Of a stretch of DNA of 64,000 nucleotides, positions 11,714 to 22,177 are shown piece after piece. The DNA lies in the NCBI GenBank assembly GCA_964234715.1, contig OZ174279.1; one strand, given 5' to 3'. The notes under the pieces are model-generated. The model was not told the DNA's origin, did no database searches, and saw only the letters and a list, made by a program, of their open reading frames with translations. This DNA comes from Podarcis melisellensis. Its lineage: Eukaryota. Each line of letters begins with the position of its first letter. The stretch's first letter is position 1. A program made the position numbers and the translations under genes.

Positions 11714-12812
11714 TCACACGAGCGCGCACACCGCCTTCGTCAGAGAAACAACCCCGTCCTCAACCATCCCCTCCTCCGTCTCGCCGCTTCCCTCCCAGCC
11801 ACCCCAACCACCTCGCAGGGACTCGCCCTCTCGCCGCTTCCTCGCTCGCGGCGCAAGTCCCGCCGCATAACCCCGCTTTGCCTTGCGATGGGCAAAGAGA
11901 CGGCAGCCCCAGATTTCAGCCCCCGGCAACCGGCCGCTTTGAAGGAAGCCCCGATCCGCTGCAACAAGCAGCACCTGCCCCCAAGCTCGACCTCCCTGCC
12001 CTCCCTCCCGCCCTCCTGTCACCGCGCGATGGGAGAACTCCGCGCCTGTCTCGGATCGAGCATCATCCTTCCCCCCACGTGCGGCTGCAGACAGCGCGCG
12101 ATCGCCGCGCCCCGGAACAACAACACAACATGGAAACGTCACTTCCGTGCGGGGGATCCTGGCCTCAAACGTCGAGCCAGGCATATAGAGATAGGAAAGA
12201 ATGGAGGCGTCATTCCCACCTTAGCACTTGGCGAGTGTATAATAGCGCGTGAGGCGTTTCTAAGTACACAGACTAGCGCTGACTTTGGCTATTATACAGG
12301 CAGGCAAAGAAAAGACGGGCGTAAAAAGTGACCGCCAGGGCCTTCGTTGGATTTTCCCTCCAAGTAGCTCTAGGGCGCTAGCGGCCTCCCTGCGTCACTT
12401 CCTCCGCTGCTTCTCCTTCCGGTGAGGAGGAGAGGGAGGCGGCCAACCTGCTCCCATCCCGCTTTCATGTGCCATGACCGGCCGAGGCACCCCGAGCCGC
12501 TTCCTAGCCAGCGTCTTGAGGAACGGGGTGGGCCGCTACGTGGGGCAGCTGCAGCGCCTCACCTTGACGGTCAGCCGGGATGCGCAGAGCTCGCGGGGCG
12601 CCAGGTAGGCCGCTTCCCCCCCGCAAAGAGGTGCCGGGGCTCTGGCTTCACCGGAGCGCCCTTTGCTGGTCTCCTCCATAGAAGGAATTCGAGCAGGGCT
12701 TGACTCTTCGGCTCTGCGCAACGCGGACGCTGCAGCCTCTCTTTCCAGTCGTGCCCTTCAGCCGAGAGGCTGCCAAAAACGTTTTTTCCCCTGGGGTGAC
12801 GCAGGGGCACGC
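11714..12812. promoter_or_regulatory. CpG island / bidirectional promoter shared by TWNK and MRPL43
   Basis: Sharp rise in GC and CpG between divergent ATGs 930 bp apart. CGTCACTTCC (ETS/CRE composite) at 12137-12147 and 12393-12402; CTTCCGG ETS core at 12416-12422. Confidence 0.85.
12474..12604 (+). CDS. MRPL43: MRPL43 coding exon 1
   Basis: gccATGACCGGC ... GCC AG|gtaggc; 131 nt. This frame is not in the ORF track; read by hand. Confidence 0.95.
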
Positions 12813-15179
12813 ATATCCCTAAACATTTGTGAATCTTCGTACAATACTTTTGTCCGCTTACTGTAGTATTTATTTCCCCCGATTTGAACTATAAAAGGGT
12901 GATTTTCTTGAGTCAAAATGAGAGTGCCCCTAAACATTTTTTAAAGAAAAAAGCACTGTGTAGCACTATTGAGTTCTTATTGACTGACTGATAAGTAAAA
13001 ATTTATATTGCACATTTATGATAAAGTAAGTATGGTTCAATTTAAAAAGAGACAGTCCCTGCCCCCCCCCATTAAAAGGTAAAATACATGGTGCAAAAAA
13101 AGAAAGAGGGAGGAGGAGGGAAGAGGAATAGTCACTGGGATACTGTATTGACTTTCATATCTGAGCCAAGAGGGTCACTGAATTCTTACTTTTCACGGCC
13201 TTGAAATTCAGTTTGAAGTTTCCAGATTAGGATGGGGGGGGGATACATGTGTGTCAGTCAGTCGGTCAAGTTTATTGCTTATAGCCAAAGGCTGCTGCAA
13301 TGTATTCAATGTCATTCAATAAAATATATACTAGTTTGATACAAAACTTAAAACATTTGTATAGTCAAAACATGACATAATCTGCACAAAACTATAAAAA
13401 CTCCTTAATATAGAAATCAAAACATTAGACATTTAGCTTTCTAGCTCAGAATCAAATAGGTTTTCAAGGCATATGAGAAATTGTGTGTTTTGTGGAAGAG
13501 GGTCTTTATACACCAGGTGGCTGGTACAGTGGTACCTTGGGTTACATACTCCACTAACCCAGAAATAGTACCTCGGGTTAAGAACTTTGCTTCAGGATGA
13601 GAACAGAAATCACGCCACCGCAGCATGGCGGCAGCGGGAGGCCCCATTAGCTAAAGTGGTGCTTCAGGTTAAGAACAATTTCAGGTTAAGAACAGACCTG
13701 CAGAACGAATTAAGTTCTTAACCTGAGGTACCACTGTATTCAGGTAGAAATATTACTGACTCATATTAATAAAGTAATGTCCAAGAGCAATAAAGATTTG
13801 ACTTGGTTGATGGCTTTGAATATTTTTTTCATTCTTTTGGGTTGTGATTCGCTTGCTTATTAAGAGTGTGTATTTATGAAACTGAAGTCTTTGGCCTTCA
13901 TGCATCTCTAGAAAGTGCCCCACTTGCTTTCTATTTCTGGCATACTATAATCTGGTCGTTTTCATCTGTTTTGAAAAATGTTTAAACTGCTTAATGGGGG
14001 GGGGACCCTCTAAGCCATGCACATAAAACAATTATCAGTAAAACACAGATAAAATTAGCGAACATTAAAATCGTATATCCCAACTATGTGTTGGGATAGG
14101 CCTGTTGAAATAATATTTTTAGCAGGCATTTAAAACACTATAACTATGGTGCCTGCCTAGTACCATATATTTATGCTACTAATATTTTAAATATTTGGGC
14201 TAACTGATTTAGGTGTGTAGGTGGCTGCCAGAAGGGAATTGCCTGTCCTTTCTGTTGTTCTGAATAATTTTGTATAGAATCACAGAATAGTTAATGAAGA
14301 AATATTTACCTGGCCTGCAGTTTATGTAGATTGCAATGCTGCCCAATGGGAATTACTGCAGTTGAAGTCCCCCAATTGCAGATGGTGGTGGCAGCTTTTC
14401 CTGAGCTCTCCTTCAATTGTTCATAAGAACAGTTATTTAAATACCTCAGTGACTCCTTTCTTTTTTGTTCTAGAGAATACATTGAAGAAAAGGTGGTGGA
14501 CTTTGCCAGGCAGAACCCTGGGATTGTGTTCTACGTTGCTCCAAAGCAGTGCAGGGTCCCTACATTGACTGCTGAATACAGTAAGTATAGAAAATGCAGC
14601 TTTGCATTAGAGACATGTTAACGAGAGATTGGTGTTGGCTGTTATTGGCATTTCCTGTGGAACTTGCTCCTAAAAATCAGCAGGGAGGGTGCACCCTATC
14701 TCAACAAGGCTTCTAAGGCAACCCTCAGCAGCAATTGATGTATGCTATCTGCTGAAAGAATTACACACCAAGGAACTGTAAATCAGGCCTTAGTTTGTAA
14801 CATTCAGGAGTAAGAGGGTGGATGTGTGGATTTATTGAGGTTCATCAACAAAAAAACCTTGGGATTTGGGTATAAGTGCCCAGGGAATCTTATTTCTCCA
14901 AACAGAAAAAGAATTGGTCCACATTTTATCCACCTAATTTTCTTTCTAGTGAATGGAACCGTGAAGGTAGAGTGTTTAACCAGCAAGACAGTCGATGAGA
15001 TTGCAAAGGTCATCCAGAAGCTGGCAGGCCAGTCTGGCCTGGAGATCATCCGTATCCGAAAGCCTTTCCATACAGATAATCCCAGTATCCAAGGCCAGTG
15101 GCACCCATTCACAAATAAGCCCAGCAAGCTCAATGTGGAAGCTGTGGGTCAGCAGCTTCTGCAGCCCCCCAAAAACTAA
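12474..15179 (+). CDS. MRPL43: Mitochondrial ribosomal protein L43 (mL43), complete gene: join(12474-12604, 14474-14580, 14950-15179); 468 nt, 155 aa
   Basis: [23 protein letters not shown]..., [33 protein letters not shown] match MRPL43. Two GT-AG introns join in frame. Confidence 0.96.
13527..13736. mobile_element. Tc1/mariner-pogo (Tigger-like) MITE, copy 1, in MRPL43 intron 1
   Basis: TIR CAGTGGTACCT...AGGTACCACTG, TA on both sides; near-identical to 24237 and 52520 copies. Confidence 0.9.
14474..14580 (+). CDS. MRPL43: MRPL43 coding exon 2
   Basis: long pyrimidine tract tag|A GAA TAC ATT ... GAA TAC A|gtaagt; 107 nt. Confidence 0.95.
14950..15179 (+). CDS. MRPL43: MRPL43 coding exon 3 (terminal)
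   Basis: tttctag|TG AAT GGA ACC GTG ... QPPKN TAA. Confidence 0.94.
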
Positions 15180-15586
15180 ATCTACAATGGTACAAACCGC
15201 CCGGGGCTTTTGTGAGTGGGAATTTCTTGTATCCAGGCCAAGATCATAAAGCTACGTTGATATAATTCATCTGGGGGAAGAATATCATCCCTCTCCTGAA
15301 AGAAATGGGCTTTGAAAGGATTCCAAACTACTGTATGTTGACATGGGACAGTTTCCTACCTGATTTGTTGTGTTTTATCAGCTAAGTCACAGGCCAGCCC
15401 AGGTCCATGGTGAACAAGTCCTAGAACTGGGTGGGACTGGCTCCTCCTCCTCCTCCTCAAGAGAGTGGCAGAGACTTTAGAGGAAACTGTTCTCTACACC
15501 ACCAGCTACTTGTGCTGGTAGCTTGTCTTATCCATGTTTTGTGCTGAATGTTATCCTTGGCTAATGCTACTCTTGCTGGAATTGGA

Positions 15587-15592
15587 AATAAA
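15587..15592 (+). terminator. Candidate MRPL43 polyadenylation signal (AATAAA)
   Basis: Canonical hexamer about 410 nt after the stop. No transcript evidence. Confidence 0.35.
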
Positions 15593-16536
15593 TGGATGGA
15601 ACTACCTGTAAGGTTCTCTGAGGGCTTTCTTGCTAATGAACATGCCTTGAGTTGCAAATGCTTAAGTCAGTAGAGTACTAATTGTGAATTCCTCTCTTCA
15701 CTGGAAGCTGCGTTGCCTGTGATAATTGTTGCCTAAGCCCTGTTTTAGTGTTCAGCTCAAGCATGGAGGGCTAAATGTTTGTAGATGGCCAAGCCTGCAT
15801 GTGGCACCTTAACCCGTGGTGTGCCCTGCATGTCAGGCACTCACTCTCCTTCCTCCCCCTGACTTTTGCATGTTTAGTACAAAGGTCTGGAGAGGGCTTC
15901 TGATTCCAGTTATAAAAGATTTTACAGAAACAGGGACCCTGCCTTGTTAGGATTTTTTATCTTGGGGAGGCTTCTAGCAATGCTCAGCTGAACATGCCTA
16001 GAAGTCCTCAGCAAGTCTGAGTACCTTGCCCTTAGCTGCTCCAGATGGAAGGAGGCAAGATGATAGAGGTGTTGATTCCCTACTCTGCTAGCTTTCCTTG
16101 TGCAACATAGTGAGGTTTGGCTCCTCATGCCTTCAGAGGTAGCATCTACACAGCTTTAAAAGGAGAGTCATGTACTGTTCTGCTGGAAAGAGTCAGTGTT
16201 TCCTGTGCATACAGTACAGAAAGGATTAATTTGTGCTGAAGTAGTGGAACCTTTGACATTCAGCCTGTGGGAACACTACCAAACTTCATTGGCCAGCACA
16301 GAAAGAAACAATGAGTTATCCACCCTTCCTTTGAATTAGCAAATGTATAAAACTCTCCCTGTTCACTAGAATTTCATAAGAGTCTGGGCTAGAGGTCTTT
16401 TTTGTTGTTGTTCCGATGTAGTGCCAGATATCATCTTATTTGGAGATGCTAGAAATCAAACATCATTTAGCACTGAGCTGCAGTTTGGCTAGGATATTGG
16501 AGTTGAAATTCTCATACCTGGTTTCCAAACCATTCC

Positions 16537-16539
<3 letters not shown>

Positions 16540-16569
<30 letters not shown>
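16540..16569. repeat. (CA)n microsatellite
   Basis: Seen directly. Confidence 0.95.
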
Positions 16570-16572
<3 letters not shown>

Positions 16573-18239
16573 TTCAGGCAAGTAGAAATCAGCTGGAACT
16601 TTTCTCTAAACAAGTCTGCATACCATTGTCTACATTGAGTGGCTGTTTTCCATTGCCTTTATACAAGTTGCCCCATCTCTCCTCCCTTCTATTAAATATA
16701 AATTAAAGAGAACCCTTCCTCCTTGTAAAACCCCTGCCATCTCTTAATGGAAAGCACTGGGGAATCTGAATCAATTAATTAGCAATGTTGGCAGCAAAAG
16801 AAAAAAAGCATCCAGCAGCTTGGCAGAAGCAAGTTCTCATCTGGTTCCTTTCAGAGATTTTGTCATAGATTATCAACATGCGCCAGAGTCTTGGCAGAAG
16901 AAACTACATACATGAAATGGGATTTTTACCTTGGTATAAGGGTAAGAATATGAAGCTGCTTTAAACTGAGTTGGGTCCTTGCTCTGTCTAGCCAAGTTCT
17001 GCCTATTGTGATTGCCAGGGGCTTTTGAGAATCCCAGGCAGAGGTATTTTCCGGCCCTTCTACCCCCGATCCAACTGGAGGTGATGAGGATTGAATTCAA
17101 GTTTCCCTACACACAAAGCATTTGATTTGTCGTAGAGCTATGACCTGGCTTCCATAAAGGCCATACCACTAAAAAGAAGAGTTTGCCATCACTTCAGCTC
17201 AGTATATTAAACTAGCGTGTAATATGGCCCTACGTACAGCCAGGGCATAATTTTGGGCATGTGCTGCCTTTGTTTACATTCCCTTTGCAGTTTGCTTGCA
17301 AAGTATGGGCCTTTTGCAACAGTTCAAGGTGTCTTGGCATTTTCAGCTTCACCAGGTTGTGCAGCGATGGGAAGGATATAACGCTTCTTTGATTAGCAAG
17401 GGGAGGAAGCAACCAGCATCTAACTTTTGCTTCCCAGGGACATTGTGGACTTTTGTAACATGCCAGCAAGTGATACTTCTATTTCAGGAACGCCAGTCCA
17501 ACAGATCTTAAGACTTTGAGTAAAAATTCCTTTTATGGCATTCTGATCAGTTTGAATTTTACATTTCTGTTAAACTGTGTATCAATCAGGAGGTTTGAGC
17601 TGTGCTCTTAAATGCTTTAAACAAGAACTTAAAATGTATTTTTAGAAGTACTTACGTTTCATTAACAGGAGTGGAGATTGGAGCAGGAAAGTGCTTTCAG
17701 TTTGGCATGAGCTGCAGTTAATGAGAAAGCTAGGGCAAGAAGCAGACAGAGCAGCATGTAGGCAGACCAGGAATGTTGTTTTGTAAGAACAAATTCTTTT
17801 CGCACTTAATGGGTTGGTTCTAGACATTCCCTTCCATGAATGTCTTCTATTAATGGAAGAAATTTGGATCCAGTGGAGCATCCCCTAGTGCAGTTTCCCA
17901 TGCTGTTCTGGGGGGATCCCTCAACCCTCTAGAACAGATTATGAGAGAGGGCGCAGGGAGAAGGCAGTTAGTAAAAACTACCTCCCCACCTGCTTTCTCC
18001 AGTGCAAGCAGAATTCCACTGAGCGCAAGATTGAACCCAACCTAGATTCTTCATATGCCATGTTTTCAGTCTTCATAAGATGTATGGCAGTGGCAGGACT
18101 CTAAACTAGCAGCAAAAAGAAACTGCTTGAAAGGGATGAAAATAACTCCTGGATTTCCATTTCTGTTACATTACACTAGTAGATACAGCTTGCATATTTT
18201 TTCTGTTGTGAACCACCCTGTGACCTTTGGGTGAAGGGC

Positions 18240-18242
<3 letters not shown>

Positions 18243-18286
<44 letters not shown>
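18243..18286. repeat. (CA)n microsatellite
   Basis: Seen directly; follows a LINE-tail-like remnant. Confidence 0.95.
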
Positions 18287-18289
<3 letters not shown>

Positions 18290-18879
18290 CCGTATGCAGG
18301 TTCCGTATGCTGTCAACAGGCTGCTGCTTGCACAATGGAATTTTCTATTCCCCAGCAGCCCTTGTCCCCTGCCCCATGCTCAGAATCTGCCCCCAGAGGG
18401 TTGGAAGACCACCTTGGATTTTGAGGGCGTGCAGAGATAGGAAGGGGACACCCCACTGCATGAGCAGAACTCCATACAAGAAGCATTGTATACAACCCTT
18501 ACTATATCAAGGGGATTGTCCCTATGCTTGTCTTCTGTCTTGCATGTGGTTTGGTTTCTTTTGATTGGAGAGAAGACCATTATTAGGAGAGATTCTTTGT
18601 ATTGGATGTTTTGACTATAACTATTAAAAATCTCATGCTCGGGTTAAGTAATGAAGGTGTAGAAGAAGTGTGTACCAAACTGTAGCTTTGTATTGTGTGA
18701 GAAACATTAATGTAATTAGCAGTCACAAAGACTAGAAACTTGCTTTTATTAAAACTAAAGCAGTTTCTGAAGATGCTGAAACTTTCACTCATAAATTTCT
18801 GTACTTGTATAATCTGAGTGCATTGAAAATGCTCTTGAAGCCTTCCTAATAATCATCAGATGGCTTTTTCAGTACCCTC

Positions 18880-19320
18880 CAGTTTGCAAATGACATCAGG
18901 TTATTTAGAGTGGTGAAAACCCAAGTAGATTGCAAAGAGCCCTGCAAGGGATCTCTCTAAAAAGGGTGTGATTTGACATCAAAACAGTAAAAAGAGGGTC
19001 AATGTACAAGTGTAAAAACAGCTTTTCCCAGCCTGGTGCCGCCAGATGCTGGGTCTCCCAGACCCAACTGAAAATAAAAGTATCTTAACGCCCTTAACAC
19101 AAAACAGTAGTGTGCACGTATTTAGAATATTGTGTATAATTTGCATTTCTCACCAAAAAGGATACTACAGAGCTGGGAAAGGGCAACTCTGAGGATTGAA
19201 GGTGGAGAGTTTCCCCCAATCCCATCAGATATGTAAATGAAAACCTTATCATAGATTCCTGCATTGCAGGGGGTTGGACTAGATGACCCTCAAGGTCCCT
19301 TCCAACTATAATTCTATGAT
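18880..19320 (+). mobile_element. Degenerate CR1 fragments plus a CR1 3' end (19251-19320)
   Basis: Decayed FADD.KLF.VVK and LEYCV motifs; 19253-19320 closely matches 561-635 and ends in ATTCTATGAT. Confidence 0.7.
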
Positions 19321-19842
19321 AGAACCCAAGGCAGAGAAGAGCAGCAACTGTGTTAAGCGTCCATTGGGTTGAAAGCAAGGCTGTGTAAGATGTCATAAAT
19401 GACATTGCAGCCTGTGGCACTCTCCCTCTAGGTCTGAAATGCATGATATTTTTATATTGAGGTCTCCAGTATCAGTGCTATGTGAATGACACATAAATTA
19501 GATTTCCTAAAGGCTCATAGAAGATCATGAGAAACGATGACAGTGACAAGAACTTCCTTAAGTGCACCACAAATATATCCTTACAAGACTAAACTCTGTG
19601 GTATGTAGACTAGTGGTTTTTTTACCCTGTATTGCAGATGGATTGGGCTAAGAGATTCTGCTCCTGCTTCCCTGTCATTTCTCACCCACGGGTCACTCAG
19701 TCACCAGTGCTTGCCCATGGCAGTGCACAGCCAGACATTGCTGGTTCTTTTGATTAGTCCTTAGGGTACCATTATGAGCTCTATGAAAGAGATTTCTCTA
19801 GTCGCCCATTAGGAATGGTGCTGCCTTACACAACTGTGAATA

Positions 19843-20080
19843 CAGTGGTACCTCGGTTTTTGAACGTAATCCATTCCAGACAGTTCGACCTCTGAAATGT
19901 TTGAAAACCAAGGTGTGGTTTCCAACAGCTAGGCCTCCAGATCTTGCACTCAGCGGACGCCACGTGGCATGTTCGACTTCTGAGGAGTGTTCAAAAACCG
20001 AAGCATTTACTTCCGGGTTTATGGTGTTCGTAAACTGAAATGTTCGTCATTGGAGACATTTGAAAACTGAGGTACCACTG
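19843..20080. mobile_element. Sibling Tigger-like MITE family (same outer TIR, different interior)
   Basis: ta|CAGTGGTACCTCGGTTTT ... AAAACTGAGGTACCACTG|ta. Confidence 0.88.
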
Positions 20081-21323
20081 TATTAGGGGATGTCACTCTT
20101 ACCCCGTACTCCAGTTTGACAAAGCAATAATAATTTCAGATGGTCTAGATTTAGCAAGAGACTCGTGCTAGTTCAGACCAGGAGCAAAACAACTATTCTT
20201 GTACATTGGAGAAGGCAAGACTAAACTTTCTAAAGACTATTAAGGTTGTACTGAAACCTGTCCTCTCACCCACTACTCTTGCAGGAGGCCTGTTGCCAGA
20301 CAGGTGAAATGACAGTGAGACAAACACTTTGCTCTCAGGGCAACAGGAGAGAGTATGGACAAATTGCAATTCAACTTCAGCAGAGGGCACTGTTTTCCTG
20401 CAGGTTCACATAAGCAAACAGCAAAGTTTGGATGAAACAGCTCAGTTATTTTGCACCAGCAAGGTGTCATTCAAAAGCTCATGGCCTGTAAGCCATAGTT
20501 TAATTTGTTTTTAAAGAAGCTATTGGGCATTAGTTGAGATATATTAAGGTTTCTCCATTCAGCTGCCTGGCCCCTCTAATACCATAGCAGAGAGACCATT
20601 TGCTATGGGCCAACACTAACAAGTTGTGGACTGTGATTGTGCCCCAAAAACCCCCAAAGGAACTGAAAGCATCTCCTAATGTCATCTAAGGAAAACCCAA
20701 ACTCTGAAGGATTAACCAATAGCCATCATTTATATCTGATGCTCAGAAAAAATACCCTTAATTCTATTTATATAGATGTATTTGAAACGTGATTTGAATT
20801 TGACGTAATTCAGGTGTAACAAAAGTTTTGTTACCTACCTCTTGAAATGGCGGCTGCACTTCCTGTCCCCTCATTATGACTGCTGATGCCCTTCTGGTCG
20901 TTGCAACTATTGATAGGAAACCACCCTCTAACCACCCCTCTGTCCAGCCCGACAGCATCATTCCCCACACAAGCCAAGGGCACATTCCGATATACCCCAC
21001 CCAGACAAACCCAACAGATCGCTGTGGCTCCTGTTTATCGATCATTGTTTTTATATATAAATATAATTCCATTTAAATAAGATCTTATTTTACAGCAATT
21101 GGAAAACAAACCATCAACGCCAACGGAAAAAACAACAACCAAAGAGAGAGAGAGAGAGAGAAGGAAATGAGCATGGAGCCTGTGGCTGCTCCGGAGGGCC
21201 GGCCGGAGGTAGTTGCTGAGTCGTAACACTGTTTCTCTGCTGGGCTGGGGAGGAGGAATCACAGAGGGCAGTTAGGGGGTTTAGTTCACAGCAAAGTGGG
21301 CTCCCTGTGCCCTCCACCCTGCC

Positions 21324-22177
21324 CTACACGGAGCTCTCGTCCAGCTTTTCTACCAGCTGCGTGTGTTTCCGCTTCTCCAGGATCTTGCTCAGCTCCTCTG
21401 TGAAGGAGTTGTAGAGCGGAGAGGTGCACGGCTCCTCATTCTGCCGCAGGAGCATGTAGCTGTTCCCGTTCATCTTGCGCAGCATGCTGGGCAAAGTGGT
21501 GATGCCGTTGGTGAACTCTGCAGGGAGCGGAGGAGGGGGTGGCGGTGGGATGGGGAGCGTTTCCTTGGAGGGCGACGGCACGGTGGGGGCTTCCCCGGGG
21601 ATGATTTGCAGGCAGCCGTCCAGGTAGGTGCCCGGGTCCTCCTCCTCGTCCTCCTCCCCTCCTTTGCCCAGGCAATTGGAAGAGACCGTCTGCAGCTCCA
21701 CGCTGGGTGCCTGGGGGACCCCCAGGCTGTACTTACCCCTCCGCTTCTGCAGGCAGGAGACATAGAGCAGCACGACGCTAAGCACCAGGCACAGCCCCCC
21801 CAGCAGCGTGATGACGGCAATGTAGATGAACCTCACATCCCCGTAAGTGGCACTGGCGGCGTGCCAGTACGGGTGCGACACGGTGGATGCCTGCTGTGGC
21901 ACTCGCTGCTCAGGGAGCACGTTCAGGCTGTAAGCAGCCACCAGGGCCTGGAGGCCGTTCTCCTCCGCGTAGCAGCGGTATTCCCCGCTGTGCTCCGGCT
22001 GGGTGTCCGTTACCAGCAGCCCATCCACCCCGAGGCGGAAGCGGCCCTGTCCGTCCTCCGCCAGCACTTTGGTGCCGTTCACCAGCCAGGTCGCCCGGGC
22101 CAGGTTGGACATCTGCTCGCAAGGCAGGAGTACATCATCACCACACAGCACTGTCCGGTTCTTCTGCATGGGTGTGG
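21324..22177 (-). CDS. SEMA4G: SEMA4G terminal coding exon (Ig-like, TM, cytoplasmic tail)
   Basis: tcctgcag|CC ACA CCC ATG ... ESSV TAG (21326-21324); [26 protein letters not shown]. Confidence 0.95.

Noticed and set aside
11714-12331. ORFs of 124-156 aa on both strands of the promoter
   Set aside because: Expected from stop-codon scarcity in a CpG island; low-complexity Arg/Gly/Pro composition.
11714-12812. NRF1 site in the mitochondrial-gene promoter
   Set aside because: Only GCGC half-sites; no convincing GCGCAnGCGC match seen.
13527-13736. CRISPR-like or pre-miRNA array from repeated GGTTAAGAAC units
   Set aside because: These are internal subterminal repeats of a TA-flanked MITE; no regular spacers or cas genes, and the context is eukaryotic.
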